From the NCBI GenBank assembly GCA_035489815.1, contig DATHJH010000018.1, forward strand, positions 73,931 through 137,930: a stretch of 64,000 nucleotides of DNA. The letters run 5' to 3'. Positions 18,589 through 28,016 of the stretch are shown here, piece after piece. Numbering within the stretch: position 1 is the first letter of the stretch; each line of letters opens with the position of its first letter. Source of the DNA: Candidatus Limnocylindria bacterium. Lineage in GTDB: Bacteria > Patescibacteriota > Saccharimonadia > Saccharimonadales > JAGQNK01. A program made the position numbers and the translations under genes. The notes under the pieces were generated by a model, which worked only from the letters and a program-made list of their open reading frames with translations, did not search any database and was not told the DNA's origin.

Positions 18589-19323
18589 TTATTTCTTTCG
18601 ACAGACAAAGAACGGGCGCCAGTTGGGGTCTGTTGGTTCCAGGTTTCGTACGTCAACGATGTCTTCTACGGTAAACAGTTCTGAAAGTTCTTTTTGGATG
18701 TCCTCTACCGGGAAAGAGACCTCGTGGATCATGTCCTGGTGCAGGGCGTAGCGGCCGTCTTTTTCCTGCTGGAATATTTTGACATCCCAGTTGAACTTTT
18801 CGTCCTCTTTTTGGACGCCCATAACCATGTAATCGTTGCCGAGTTGTTTACTAAAAGGCGGGTTGTTGGCCAGCCACTCCAGACGCTGGATGGTGTTGAT
18901 GTCAAATATAAAAAGCCCGCCATCGTTGAGATGCTTGTGGACGTTCTGAAACATCTGGCGCCAATCATCCCACTTTTCCAGGTGGTTAACTGAATCAAAC
19001 ACGCAGAGCACCACGTCAAACGTTTTGCCAAAGTCAGTAGCGGCCATATCACCAACCTTGAATTTAACGCCCGGTAACTTCTTCCTGGCAATGTCAATCA
19101 TCTCTGGTGACAGATCCAGGCCGGCAACATCGTAGACGCTGGACAGTTCTTTTGTAATGATCCCCGTGCCGCAGGCCATCTCCAAGAGCGTTTGGGCTTC
19201 TGGTGCATGTTCGCGCAGGAGCTTTTTCAGAAAAGTGACTTTGTCGCTCATGTCACCCATGGCGGCATCATAAAACGGCGCAAACACGCTATAACTAGAG
19301 TTTGTTTTGGACATAGACCCCAT
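18589..19323 (-). CDS. Class I SAM-dependent methyltransferase
   Basis: Motif I LEMACGTGIITKEL, motif II VLCVFDSVNHL; 244 aa. Confidence 0.8.
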   Translation of the reverse strand: MGSMSKTNSSYSVFAPFYDAAMGDMSDKVTFLKKLLREHAPEAQTLLEMACGTGIITKELSSVYDVAGLDLSPEMIDIARKKLPGVKFKVGDMAATDFGKTFDVVLCVFDSVNHLEKWDDWRQMFQNVHKHLNDGGLFIFDINTIQRLEWLANNPPFSKQLGNDYMVMGVQKEDEKFNWDVKIFQQEKDGRYALHQDMIHEVSFPVEDIQKELSELFTVEDIVDVRNLEPTDPNWRPFFVCRKK

Positions 19324-19413
19324 TGTAGCAGCAAAACCTGGCTTTTACGGTTGTGCTAAACACGGTGCAGTATCTATACTCATATACAGATCCAATCAAA
19401 AAGAAAGCGCAAC

Positions 19414-20688
19414 ATGGAACCACAAAACACTCCACCACAGAACCAACCGCCCTTGCAGCCCACCGGGCCGTCTTTTAACCCAATCGCCAGTAGCGAGACC
19501 CCCGGCCTGCCGCCAAAAAATAGACCAGGCCGCAAAAAGCTGGTCTTAGGAATACTGCTCTGTATCATCGTGCTGGGCGGAGCCGCTGGCACGTGGTTTG
19601 CCATGAACCGCGATAAGCCTCAGCCAGCCGCGCAGCCCGCAAACAACCAGACAGTTCAGGAACCGGCCGAGCGCCAGCTTGTTCCGAGCACTCTAGTCTA
19701 TGCTGCGGGTGATGTCTCTAAGGGAGAGGCGGGGTTTCGGATCAACCAGCTTGGTTCTGACATATACGCGGTCACTCACAAGCTGGCCAAAGACGTGACT
19801 CCCTATGGAGCGACTGTCTATAAAAACCAAGTAGCCGTAATAGCGGTGCCGCATGCGGCCAACAAGGAAGGGTTGAGCGTCTTATACAGTAAAGATAGCG
19901 GCAAAACTTACCAAAGCATATTTACCGGGACACCCGCCAAGGGGGCAGCCCTGGGGGATCAAATCACCAGTATAGACTTTTCTGACGATGGCACTAAACT
20001 ACTCATCGCGCTTTTGCCAGAAGCTGGCGGCAAAAATACCGTAAAGGAATTGGACCCAGCCACCAAGGTTACCAAAGACCTGTTCACCGCCTCTGAAAGC
20101 GGGGTGTTCGTAGAAGCCTACAGTCCTGCAAAGAAGGAGATCTACTACTACGCCGGTTGCTATAACTGTGATGGCAACCCGTTTAACAAGCTCCTAAAAA
20201 GAGACCTCGCCACCAACAAAGAGACCACTGCCTACGAAGACCGTGCCCATACGGGCCTGAAGACGGTACTGAGCCATGACCTCTCCAGGGTACTCCTCCT
20301 GAAAGGAAGCGAGCAAACCGGCATAGAGAGCGGCCCGCCGTACGACCTGGTAGAGGTTGACCTAAAGTCTAAGGCTTCTACCGCTCTATTTTCTAACTAC
20401 AAGGCCGGTCTGGACTATCCAGAAGTCGGATACCTTGAAGGATCAGACACGGTGTACTACACCAAGGGCAAGGACTTGTACCAGTATAAGAGTGGCAGTG
20501 CTACCGTACTATTCACCAGCACTCAGGAACTGCAGGACGTCCATTTTGTAAACGAATCCACAGCTGTAGTGACCAGCGGCGATCAGAAGACCAGTATGGT
20601 TTCAAGCGTTGATCTAAAGACCAAAAAGAGCACTCGTATGCTGGACGCCGACGGAAATACCTTCGTCTTCGGCGTCAGCTGGCAGTAG
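19414..20688 (+). CDS. Hypothetical membrane-anchored protein with a probable beta-propeller (TolB-like) ectodomain
   Basis: Pro/Gln-rich N-terminus, single TM (LVLGILLCIIVLGGAAG), then ~330 aa of repeated beta-strand-rich units. Confidence 0.45.
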   Translation: MEPQNTPPQNQPPLQPTGPSFNPIASSETPGLPPKNRPGRKKLVLGILLCIIVLGGAAGTWFAMNRDKPQPAAQPANNQTVQEPAERQLVPSTLVYAAGDVSKGEAGFRINQLGSDIYAVTHKLAKDVTPYGATVYKNQVAVIAVPHAANKEGLSVLYSKDSGKTYQSIFTGTPAKGAALGDQITSIDFSDDGTKLLIALLPEAGGKNTVKELDPATKVTKDLFTASESGVFVEAYSPAKKEIYYYAGCYNCDGNPFNKLLKRDLATNKETTAYEDRAHTGLKTVLSHDLSRVLLLKGSEQTGIESGPPYDLVEVDLKSKASTALFSNYKAGLDYPEVGYLEGSDTVYYTKGKDLYQYKSGSATVLFTSTQELQDVHFVNESTAVVTSGDQKTSMVSSVDLKTKKSTRMLDADGNTFVFGVSWQ

Positions 20689-20813
20689 TGCAGACCTTGC
20701 GATTTTAGTAAGGCAGAGAGATGTCAGTTAGCTCTAGCACCTCATCCCCACACCCTGACGGGTCTGCTCACCCAGGAAACAGCACCAGGCGCCCCTGGGC
20801 AACCATCTGGCTG

Positions 20814-21203
20814 TCAGTTCATGGGAGATGAGGCACTAGGCGGCTGAGCTTTGCTGCAGTACTTTTTAGCCCATTTTTTGAGTTCATGAAGGGCGGCTTT
20901 TAGTTCATGGGCTTTTTCGGTCAGGCGGTATTCGGTGCGGGGCGGGAACTCTTTGTATTCGCGTTTTTCTATCAGGCCGGCGGCTTCCAGCATGTGCAGG
21001 CGCTGGGTCAGGGTCCGGGGGTTGATGCCCTGGGTCTTGTTCTGGATGTCTACAAAGCGCCGGGGGTGGTCAAACAGGCACAGCAGGACCAGGCCGGACC
21101 ATTTGTCGCCCAAAATACCCAGGGCCGTTTTGAACTCGGCATATTCCTGGGGATTCTTTTTCAAGTGCTGGCGTATTTCCTCTGAGGACATAGGTAAAAC
21201 CAA
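20814..21203 (-). CDS. HxlR-family (MarR-like wHTH) transcriptional regulator
   Basis: LGILGDKWSGLVLLCL...RFVDIQNKTQGINPRTLTQRLHMLEAAGLIEKREY; divergent from the MFS gene. Confidence 0.8.
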   Translation of the reverse strand: MVLPMSSEEIRQHLKKNPQEYAEFKTALGILGDKWSGLVLLCLFDHPRRFVDIQNKTQGINPRTLTQRLHMLEAAGLIEKREYKEFPPRTEYRLTEKAHELKAALHELKKWAKKYCSKAQPPSASSPMN

Positions 21204-21335
21204 AAAGTTGCAGCGTTACTTTACATAGTATAGTCACATGTGTATAGTAGGCTGCATAACTATACAAAGTATAGTATAGCACAAATCCCTACCCTTGGTA
21301 AGGGGTACGCTGTTGTACTGCCAAAAGGAGAATCT

Positions 21336-22901
21336 ATGGCTATAAAGCTTCTAAAAACTAAAGACTATGTGCCGGAGAAGGTCTACGCCCGGCGTTGGTG
21401 GATCCTTGGGGTGCTGTGTTTGTCGCTGCTGGTGGTTATGATTGGAAATACCTCTTTGAATGTTGCGCTGCCAGTGCTGAGCCGGGAGCTAAATGCTACA
21501 AACTCTCAGTTGCAATGGATGGTTGACGCTTACTCACTGGTCTTTGCCGGGTTGCTGTTTACGGCCGGAGCGCTAGGCGACAGGTTCGGTCGCAAGGGTA
21601 TTTTGCAGATCGGCCTGGTGCTGTTCGGGCTGGCGTCTGCCTATGCGGCGTTTGCGGCTGATAGCGCCGGGGCACTGGTGGGTGCACGGGCAGTTATGGG
21701 GATGGCCGGTGCATTCATTATGCCGGCAACCTTGTCCATCCTCACCAATATCTTCCCGCCCAAGGAGCGGGCCAAGGCAGTGGGTATCTGGGCGGGTGTA
21801 ACCGGTGCCGGGGTGGCGCTGGGACCGCTGCTGACCGGTTTTGTGCTGGAGCACTTTTCGTGGCCGGCAGTGTTTACAATAAATCTGCCGGTTATCATCC
21901 TGACCATGCTGGCGGTAGGCTTATTGGTACCCAGAACGGCTGATCCCAAGCATACCAGCCTGGACCCGGCCGGGGCTTTGCTGTCCATCGCCGGTCTGAG
22001 CGCGGTAGTCTATGCAATTATCGAGGCGCCGGTGCACGGCTGGCTGTCCGGCAGCACACTGGCCATCGGCGCAGCCGGCCTGGCAGCATTGGCGATGTTT
22101 GTCTGGTGGGAGCTGCGGGTCAAACATCCCATGCTTGACGTCCGGCTGTTCAAACTCCCCGCCTTTGGCATCAGCGCGCTGTCCCTGACACTGGTATTCT
22201 TTGCCCTCATGGGTATGTTCTTTAACCTGGCTATGCTCATGCAACTGGTCTATGGATATTCGCCGCTTTCCTCGGCTGTCAGGATGCTGCCGGTGGCCTT
22301 TACCCTGATGGTGGCAGCTCCGCTGTCTACCCCTTTGGCAGCCCGATTTGGCAAACGGCGCAGCGTTGCCGCTGGTATGTTGATTGTGGCCGTTGGTACG
22401 GCACTGCTTTCTACCGTCGGTGTTGACTCCACATACTTGCATGTTGTGCTGGGGATGGTAGTGATGGCGTTTGGTATGGGGGTGGCTATGTCGCCTACAA
22501 CTGACTTGTTGATGTCCGCTGTTCCGCGTGAACGCGCCGGCATGGGGTCGGCCATGAATGACACAACACGTGAACTAGGCGGTGCGCTCGGCATTGCCGT
22601 GCTGGGCAGCCTGGGTGCCTCGCAGTACAGCGCCAGGATTGCTCCGGCTATAGCCGGCCTGCCAGAAGCCGCTAAATCGGCCGCCGAACAATCATTAGCG
22701 GGGGCTATGATGGTCGCCCAGCGTATGGGAACAGAGGGGCAGCCGCTACTGGTGGCTGCCAAAGACGCCTGGATGAGCGGCTATCACCGGGCGTTCCTGA
22801 CGGGCACGGTGCTGATAGTGGCCGCCGCAATCATTGCCTACATTGGCCTGCCAGATAAAGCGGCTGATCATATTCCAGAAGAAGGTAATTTCGAGGTTTA
22901 G
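21336..22901 (+). CDS. MFS transporter, DHA2 (EmrB/QacA-like, 14-TM) family
   Basis: Start at ATG 21336 with SD AAAGGAG; motifs GALGDRFGRK and multiple TM segments, ~520 aa. Confidence 0.85.
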   Translation: MAIKLLKTKDYVPEKVYARRWWILGVLCLSLLVVMIGNTSLNVALPVLSRELNATNSQLQWMVDAYSLVFAGLLFTAGALGDRFGRKGILQIGLVLFGLASAYAAFAADSAGALVGARAVMGMAGAFIMPATLSILTNIFPPKERAKAVGIWAGVTGAGVALGPLLTGFVLEHFSWPAVFTINLPVIILTMLAVGLLVPRTADPKHTSLDPAGALLSIAGLSAVVYAIIEAPVHGWLSGSTLAIGAAGLAALAMFVWWELRVKHPMLDVRLFKLPAFGISALSLTLVFFALMGMFFNLAMLMQLVYGYSPLSSAVRMLPVAFTLMVAAPLSTPLAARFGKRRSVAAGMLIVAVGTALLSTVGVDSTYLHVVLGMVVMAFGMGVAMSPTTDLLMSAVPRERAGMGSAMNDTTRELGGALGIAVLGSLGASQYSARIAPAIAGLPEAAKSAAEQSLAGAMMVAQRMGTEGQPLLVAAKDAWMSGYHRAFLTGTVLIVAAAIIAYIGLPDKAADHIPEEGNFEV

Positions 22902-22959
22902 GCTCCTTGCTACTCTAGCTATCCTCTTTCAATAAAAACCTCCCTATGCGGGGAGGTTT

Positions 22960-23280
22960 TTATTGGCGCGTGACTTCCAGGTCGTGTGTATGGCGTTTTT
23001 TGCGGACGCGGAAAAGCAGAACAGTACCGGCAAGTATCATGAGGGCGGGGACGCCAACGGCCAGCGCCTGCCCCGTGTTAACCAGCCCGTCATCCGTGGT
23101 GGCAGCGCCGCAGACCCCACCGTTGTCGTAGGTACCGGCTCCGTAGGCCCCGCAGTTATAGTCTGCCGCCCGGACAGATTGCAGCTGAGCAGGCAAGAGG
23201 CACAGGCAAAACACCAGAACAGTAGCGAGTATCCGGCGTGCAGGTATGGTTGCTGCGTGTCTTTGAAAAGCCATAAGCAT
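22960..23280 (-). CDS. Small secreted protein with a sortase-type C-terminal sorting signal (LVNTG + TM + RVRKKRH)
   Basis: Signal peptide, ~27-aa Gly/Cys-rich mature segment, LVNTG, 19-aa hydrophobic stretch, basic tail; start taken at MLMAF. Confidence 0.4.
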   Translation of the reverse strand: MLMAFQRHAATIPARRILATVLVFCLCLLPAQLQSVRAADYNCGAYGAGTYDNGGVCGAATTDDGLVNTGQALAVGVPALMILAGTVLLFRVRKKRHTHDLEVTRQ

Positions 23281-23408
23281 ACTTATTTTGTAAGTATAGC
23301 AGATGACTTTTCCACAGGAATCCAAACAAGAGGTAACCCTACTAGGCAAATAAAAGTAAGCGGTTTATACTAAAAATACAAAAGCTAACAAAAACGGTTA
23401 AGTCAAAA

Positions 23409-23603
23409 ATGAGAGAACAAATAGACGAACTTTTTAACAAGGAAATGTCACGCAAAGAGTTCCTGCAACATATTGTGTCAGGCCTCCTTATCCTCTTTGG
23501 TATGAGTGGCGTGATCAAAGCGCTTACTCAGCAGAGTGGGCACCCGGGCCGCCGGGCTATTGGCGGCTATGGCTCCAGCGCCTATGGCGGTATGAAGAAA
23601 TAG
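23409..23603 (+). CDS. Hypothetical small membrane protein
   Basis: 64 aa with a central TM (LLILFGMSGVI) and a Gly-rich tail. Confidence 0.3.
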   Translation: MREQIDELFNKEMSRKEFLQHIVSGLLILFGMSGVIKALTQQSGHPGRRAIGGYGSSAYGGMKK

Positions 23604-23782
23604 CCTTACCCACCCGCACCTTTCACCCCAAAGAGACGCTCCGCGCGGGGTCCGTCTTTGGCGGACTCCGGCTTCACACTTCGTCAGCCTCTTTGGAGGC
23701 AAAAGGTGCGGGCGGGTCAGTAGCCTGGGATTGCGCTATTGGTTCTATGTTATACTTCTATATGAACCAATAAGGAGAAGAA

Positions 23783-23980
23783 ATGTTTGGATTAGGAATG
23801 GGCGAACTGATTATTATTCTGGTCATCCTATTGCTCCTGTTTGGCAGCACCAAACTGCCTAAACTGGCCAAGAGCATTGGCGAATCAGCTGGCGAACTAC
23901 AAAAGGGCTTTGACGGTGCCAAGACGTCTGCAAAAACCAGCAAAGACAAGTCTGACTCAAAGCAAAAAGCTGCCAGCTAA
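23783..23980 (+). CDS. tatA: Twin-arginine translocase TatA/E
   Basis: MFGLGMGELIIILVILLLLFGSTKLPKLAKSIG: canonical TatA TM + amphipathic helix. Confidence 0.88.
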   Translation: MFGLGMGELIIILVILLLLFGSTKLPKLAKSIGESAGELQKGFDGAKTSAKTSKDKSDSKQKAAS

Positions 23981-23999
23981 CTAAGGGAGCGGGGGCAAG

Positions 24000-25154
24000 G
24001 TGGCTGTAGCGACAACCCATCCCAGCGCAGTCGCTGACGCGGGCTCTAAGCTTACGTTTGCTCAGCATGTGTACGAGCTGCGCAAGCGCCTGATGTGGTC
24101 GCTATTGTTTGTGGGGATTGGTGCCGGCATAGGCTATGCCCTGAATGACGCCATCCTGACCATTTTGCAGCATCCTTTGCATGAAAAGCTTTACTACACG
24201 ACGCCTACCGGGGCCTTCAGTTTCATTATAAAAGTCTGTTGTGTGTTTGGGTTTGTGGTGTCGCTGCCGGTGGTGGTGTATCAGGTTTTTGGCTTTTTTG
24301 GACCGCTCCTGCCGGTCCGGACCCGGCGGTCATTTGTGCTGTATAGTTTTCTGTCGGTATTTCTGGCATTGATGGGGGTCGCTTTTGCGTACTTTGTCAG
24401 CCTGCCGGCCTCGCTGCGTTTCCTGGTAAACTTCGGCAGCGGCAGCGGTAACATCCAGGCGCTCATCACCGCGGATGAGTATTTCAACTTTGTGCTAACC
24501 TACATTGCCGGTTTTGCGGCACTTTTCCAGTTGCCGCTGGTTGTAACTTTCATAAACAAAATCAAGCCGCTAAAACCAACGCAGCTGCTGGGCTATACGC
24601 GCTATGTGATCCTGGGCAGTTTTATTGTGTCGGCAATCATAACACCTACGCCTGACCCTTTGAACCAGGCGCTTATGGCCGGTCCGATCATCCTGCTGTA
24701 CTTTTTCTCTGTCGGCGTGGTAGCCGTGGCCAATCGGGCCCGGCGCCGTAAGAACTCAGCCAAAACCGGTCTGAGTCAGAGAAAAAGATTTTGGATGCGT
24801 TCTAAGGCGGAGCCAGTCGTGCCCGAACTGTCAGCAGCCAGCATAGAAGCAGTACTCGCCGACGAAGATTCCCTGCGTCCGTTCAGTCCAACAGCACCAA
24901 CAGTACCAGCATTACCAGTGGCGCCGGTACCTACTCAACCGGTGGGCCTTGAGATCCGCCCGCTCGGCCGGGTGAGTGTCCAGGGGCCTGCTCCCCGGCG
25001 CATGGTCTCTGACGTCGTGCGTCCGTCGGGACGCAATCAACCCCTGGCTCCCTTTGCCCGGTCACAGCCGGCAAGTCCAGTGGTGCCACGGACTGCTCCC
25101 CGTCCCATGCGCATGAGAGTAATATCTGATTTTATTCCGGCTACGGAGCAGTAG
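24000..25154 (+). CDS. tatC: Twin-arginine translocase TatC with a ~130-aa Pro/Ala/Val-rich C-terminal extension
   Basis: Six TM segments with TatC motifs in the first ~250 aa; then a low-complexity P/A/V/R-rich tail; GTG start. Confidence 0.85.
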   Translation: MAVATTHPSAVADAGSKLTFAQHVYELRKRLMWSLLFVGIGAGIGYALNDAILTILQHPLHEKLYYTTPTGAFSFIIKVCCVFGFVVSLPVVVYQVFGFFGPLLPVRTRRSFVLYSFLSVFLALMGVAFAYFVSLPASLRFLVNFGSGSGNIQALITADEYFNFVLTYIAGFAALFQLPLVVTFINKIKPLKPTQLLGYTRYVILGSFIVSAIITPTPDPLNQALMAGPIILLYFFSVGVVAVANRARRRKNSAKTGLSQRKRFWMRSKAEPVVPELSAASIEAVLADEDSLRPFSPTAPTVPALPVAPVPTQPVGLEIRPLGRVSVQGPAPRRMVSDVVRPSGRNQPLAPFARSQPASPVVPRTAPRPMRMRVISDFIPATEQ

Positions 25155-25497
25155 GCCCTTGTAACCCGTCGGGATTTCCGCCGATACCCATTTGCCGAAA
25201 GATTCCGGACAGGTTCTGCAATTCGGCAGTTCCCATTACTTCATCGGATTGTTCCGGTGTGGTGAGGTCCAGGTCGCCTGTTGGCGGTATTGGTGGTCCG
25301 GCTGTTTCTGCGTGTAGGAATTCCGTTGCTGCTACCTCCGTACCAGCCGGGTCCTGGCTTTGTAAAAAAGTCCTCCAGGGCTCTGCCGCAACTTCGTCAA
25401 ACGGTATATCAGCTGGATTGTGAGGTCCCTTTTCCAGGGGCTCAAAAGGTTCTGAACCTGTTGTCATATGAACTCCTATTGATTTTAGTACCTCCAT
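25141..25497 (-). CDS. Hypothetical acidic protein
   Basis: 118-aa ORF convergent with tatC; no known domain. Confidence 0.3.
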   Translation of the reverse strand: MEVLKSIGVHMTTGSEPFEPLEKGPHNPADIPFDEVAAEPWRTFLQSQDPAGTEVAATEFLHAETAGPPIPPTGDLDLTTPEQSDEVMGTAELQNLSGIFRQMGIGGNPDGLQGPTAP

Positions 25498-25560
25498 ACT
25501 CTATCAGCCGGCAAAATAAGTCAACGGGCTGTGAAGCTGGACTGGTTTTGGGCACCCTGG

Positions 25561-26193
25561 TTATGATGCTGTTTCCTGATGAAAGTACTCCGGGTGGGCA
25601 TCCAGTAAGGCCCGGACTTCTTCGTAGTACTTAGCAATAATCGGGTGACTATGCGCTTTAGTACGATGCGCCTCCAGGCTTTTATTGTAGTTGGCCAGGG
25701 TCACTTTGCGCTCAAGGAATAGTTTGCCTTCGTCCATGAAGTCAAAGGCGCAGGCAATGTATTTGTCCAGGGCATACACAAATTTGGCTTCATCCGTGTC
25801 TTTGCGCTCATACGCCTCAATAGTCTGGATGATCCAGGGAAAATGGGCAAATTCTTTGGTGATGCGTTCCAGGGCCTGTTCCTCCCGCTCTACCTTTGAG
25901 GCCAAGTGTTCCTGGCTTGCAAAAGTTGAAGTATCGTCAGCGTAGACTTCCACCAGATCATGGGCAGTAGCAAACTGGCAGATCTTGCCCACATCCAGGG
26001 CGGGGTCCACTTCCGGGGCCAGGCTGCAGGCCAATAAGGCCAGGGACCAGGAATGTTCGGCGTCGTTTTCCCAGCGGCGATCGTCGCCAGGCAGCGGGTT
26101 GTCCCGCTTTATGTGGTAGAAGGGCAGAACCAGCTTGCGCAGCAGGTCTTCAATTTGATTATGAGTAGGATGCGGCACGAGTCTATTATACAA
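25561..26193 (-). CDS. HD-domain phosphohydrolase (YfbR-like 5'-deoxynucleotidase family)
   Basis: Motifs NDAEHSWSLA and ATAHDLVEVYADD; ~200 aa. Confidence 0.8.
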   Translation of the reverse strand: MYNRLVPHPTHNQIEDLLRKLVLPFYHIKRDNPLPGDDRRWENDAEHSWSLALLACSLAPEVDPALDVGKICQFATAHDLVEVYADDTSTFASQEHLASKVEREEQALERITKEFAHFPWIIQTIEAYERKDTDEAKFVYALDKYIACAFDFMDEGKLFLERKVTLANYNKSLEAHRTKAHSHPIIAKYYEEVRALLDAHPEYFHQETAS

Positions 26194-26371
26194 ACCCTCG
26201 ATGTTTATTTTTATCCAGCTTTTAATTTATGCGCTAATCTCTCTAGTAAAACTTTGTGAAATTCAGTCATGAAGGGTTCCAGAGCATGTAGGGACGTTTG
26301 CGTTTGACGATAAGGTCAATAATTTCGTCTGATTCAACCCCTACAAATGCTTGCAGCGCCAAATGGCTTAC

Positions 26372-26447
26372 TGGTCGGAGTGGGCGGACTTGAACCGCCG
26401 ACCTCAGCGTCCCGAACGCTGCGCGCTACCAACTGCGCCACACTCCG
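26372..26447 (-). tRNA. tRNA-Pro (anticodon CGG), CCA encoded
   Basis: Manual cloverleaf: acceptor CGGAGTG/CACTCCG, anticodon loop TTCGGGA, T-loop TTCAAGT, 76 nt. Confidence 0.9.
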
Positions 26448-26607
26448 GAGTCGACGTGTGATGGTGGGGTGACCAATTTGCCGGCAAAACAAGTTTGCCC
26501 GGCAAATGCGCTCACCCCACCAAGCCCTCTCCTCTCAAAATCGCGAATCCTCTCGCGTTTTTGGCTTTTATCTGTCCAAACAGCCGGCAAGCGGCTTGGT
26601 TTGGGGT
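26448..26607. repeat. tRNA-upstream conserved structured element, copy 2 (long hairpin GGTGGGGTGACCAATTTGCCGGCAAAACAAGTTTGCCCGGCAAATGCGCTCACCCCACC, box CAAGCCCTCTCCTCTCAAAA, hairpin TCGCGA-ATCC-TCTCGCG-TTTTT) plus distal hairpin GTCCAAACAGCCGGCAAGCGGCTTGGTTTGGGG
   Basis: Directly abuts the 5' end of tRNA-Pro(CGG); same architecture as copies at 17541, 29996 and 61337. Confidence 0.6.
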
Positions 26608-26680
26608 TATAAACCAAGTGCAATAACAAGGATAGTATAGTTCTTCAGGGACGGAAGGTAAATGCTGTTACAATGGACTC

Positions 26681-27334
26681 ATGGTCGGCCCTTTGCTTGG
26701 ATTAGGCGGCGTTGCCGCGATTTTATTTTGCTCTGAGTTTTTGTGGCGTACCCGGTTGTTTAAAAGGGCGGAAACGCCGCGCAAACTGGTGCACATTCTG
26801 ACAGGTACCTACATAGCTTTTTGGCCGCTGCTTATGAGCCTTCGTTGGGTCCAGATCCTCAGCCTGGTCCTTTTTGCAGTGGTGTTTGCCTCTAAAAAGC
26901 TGCATCTTTTCCGGTCTATCCATAGCGTGGACCGTCCAACCTACGGCGAGCTGCTTTTCCCCGTGGGTGTACTGGTGGCTGCCACGTTTGCCCGGTCCGG
27001 CTGGGTGTACATGGCGGCTGTATTGCATTTAAGCCTGGCAGACGGCATTGCCGCGTTAGTAGGCATACGGTACATGAAAAAGTTTGGGTATAAAGTCTTT
27101 GGCCAGCCAAAGACGGTCATTGGCACAGCCGCCTTCTACATAGTGTCGCTCGGCATCCTGACTACGACTATGCTGTTGGACCCAGCGGCATACGGCAGTA
27201 GCGCCGCGCTGGTTATTCTGCTGCTTCCGCTGGGGACGACACTTATTGAAAACCTGGCTATTTACGGTACGGACAATTTGTTTGTGCCGATTGCCGTCAT
27301 TGTTATACTTGACACGTTAAGAGTGGTTACTTAA
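26681..27334 (+). CDS. Polytopic membrane protein, CdsA/dolichol-kinase-like cytidylyltransferase family (tentative)
   Basis: Six TM segments; LADGIAALVG resembles the CTP-transferase SDxxA motif; weak. Confidence 0.4.
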   Translation: MVGPLLGLGGVAAILFCSEFLWRTRLFKRAETPRKLVHILTGTYIAFWPLLMSLRWVQILSLVLFAVVFASKKLHLFRSIHSVDRPTYGELLFPVGVLVAATFARSGWVYMAAVLHLSLADGIAALVGIRYMKKFGYKVFGQPKTVIGTAAFYIVSLGILTTTMLLDPAAYGSSAALVILLLPLGTTLIENLAIYGTDNLFVPIAVIVILDTLRVVT

Positions 27335-27443
27335 ACATAAACCGACAAAACGTACCACCAAATGGTCCGGCCGGACCATTTGGTGGTACGTTTTTAGGGG
27401 TGGGTCAGGGGGGAAGGTTCGGGATGGGTGCTAAGGTGTTAGA

Positions 27444-28004
27444 ATGTTAGTAAAGCCTATGAGTATCATAAACAAAGTTAAACAGCATCTTGAAGATTAC
27501 CTAAGTGAATTTGTCTACGGCGGCATTGACGGCGCAGTTACGACCTTTGCGGTGGTGGCTGGCGCCACTGGCGCGCGGTTTGACATCAAAATCATTCTGG
27601 TGCTGGGGTTTGCCAACCTTATTGCCGACGGGTTTTCTATGGGCGTGGGATCTTATCTATCCACCAAGTCTGAACAGGAGCTGATGGTTAAAAAGGGTGA
27701 GTCCATAGCAGATGAACCTTCGCCTGTCATAAACGGTGCTACAACTTATGTTTCATTCATCCTGGTTGGCCTGGTGCCCTTGCTGGCTTATACGGTAGAT
27801 GTAGTCTTTGACCTGAACCTCTCCAACGTATTTGGTATTGCCACGGCACTTACGGCTCTGGCATTTATTGGCATTGGTTTGCTGAAGAGTCGGGTGGCAA
27901 AGTCCGATGTCACACGGGCGATCACTGAAACCCTGATCCTCGGTGCCATTGCCGCCTCTGCCGCCTATGCCCTTGGTGATGTCCTGGAGCGCATCATCAC
28001 CTAG
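27444..28004 (+). CDS. VIT1/CCC1-family iron/manganese transporter
   Basis: Motif YGGIDGAVTTFAVVAGATGA and five TM segments; 186 aa. Confidence 0.8.
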   Translation: MLVKPMSIINKVKQHLEDYLSEFVYGGIDGAVTTFAVVAGATGARFDIKIILVLGFANLIADGFSMGVGSYLSTKSEQELMVKKGESIADEPSPVINGATTYVSFILVGLVPLLAYTVDVVFDLNLSNVFGIATALTALAFIGIGLLKSRVAKSDVTRAITETLILGAIAASAAYALGDVLERIIT

Positions 28005-28016
28005 GCGCTTCTATGC

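Noticed and set aside
21573-22762. Several minus-strand ORFs of 93-173 aa
   Set aside because: Antisense to the 14-TM MFS gene; Arg/Gly/Cys-rich nonsense translations
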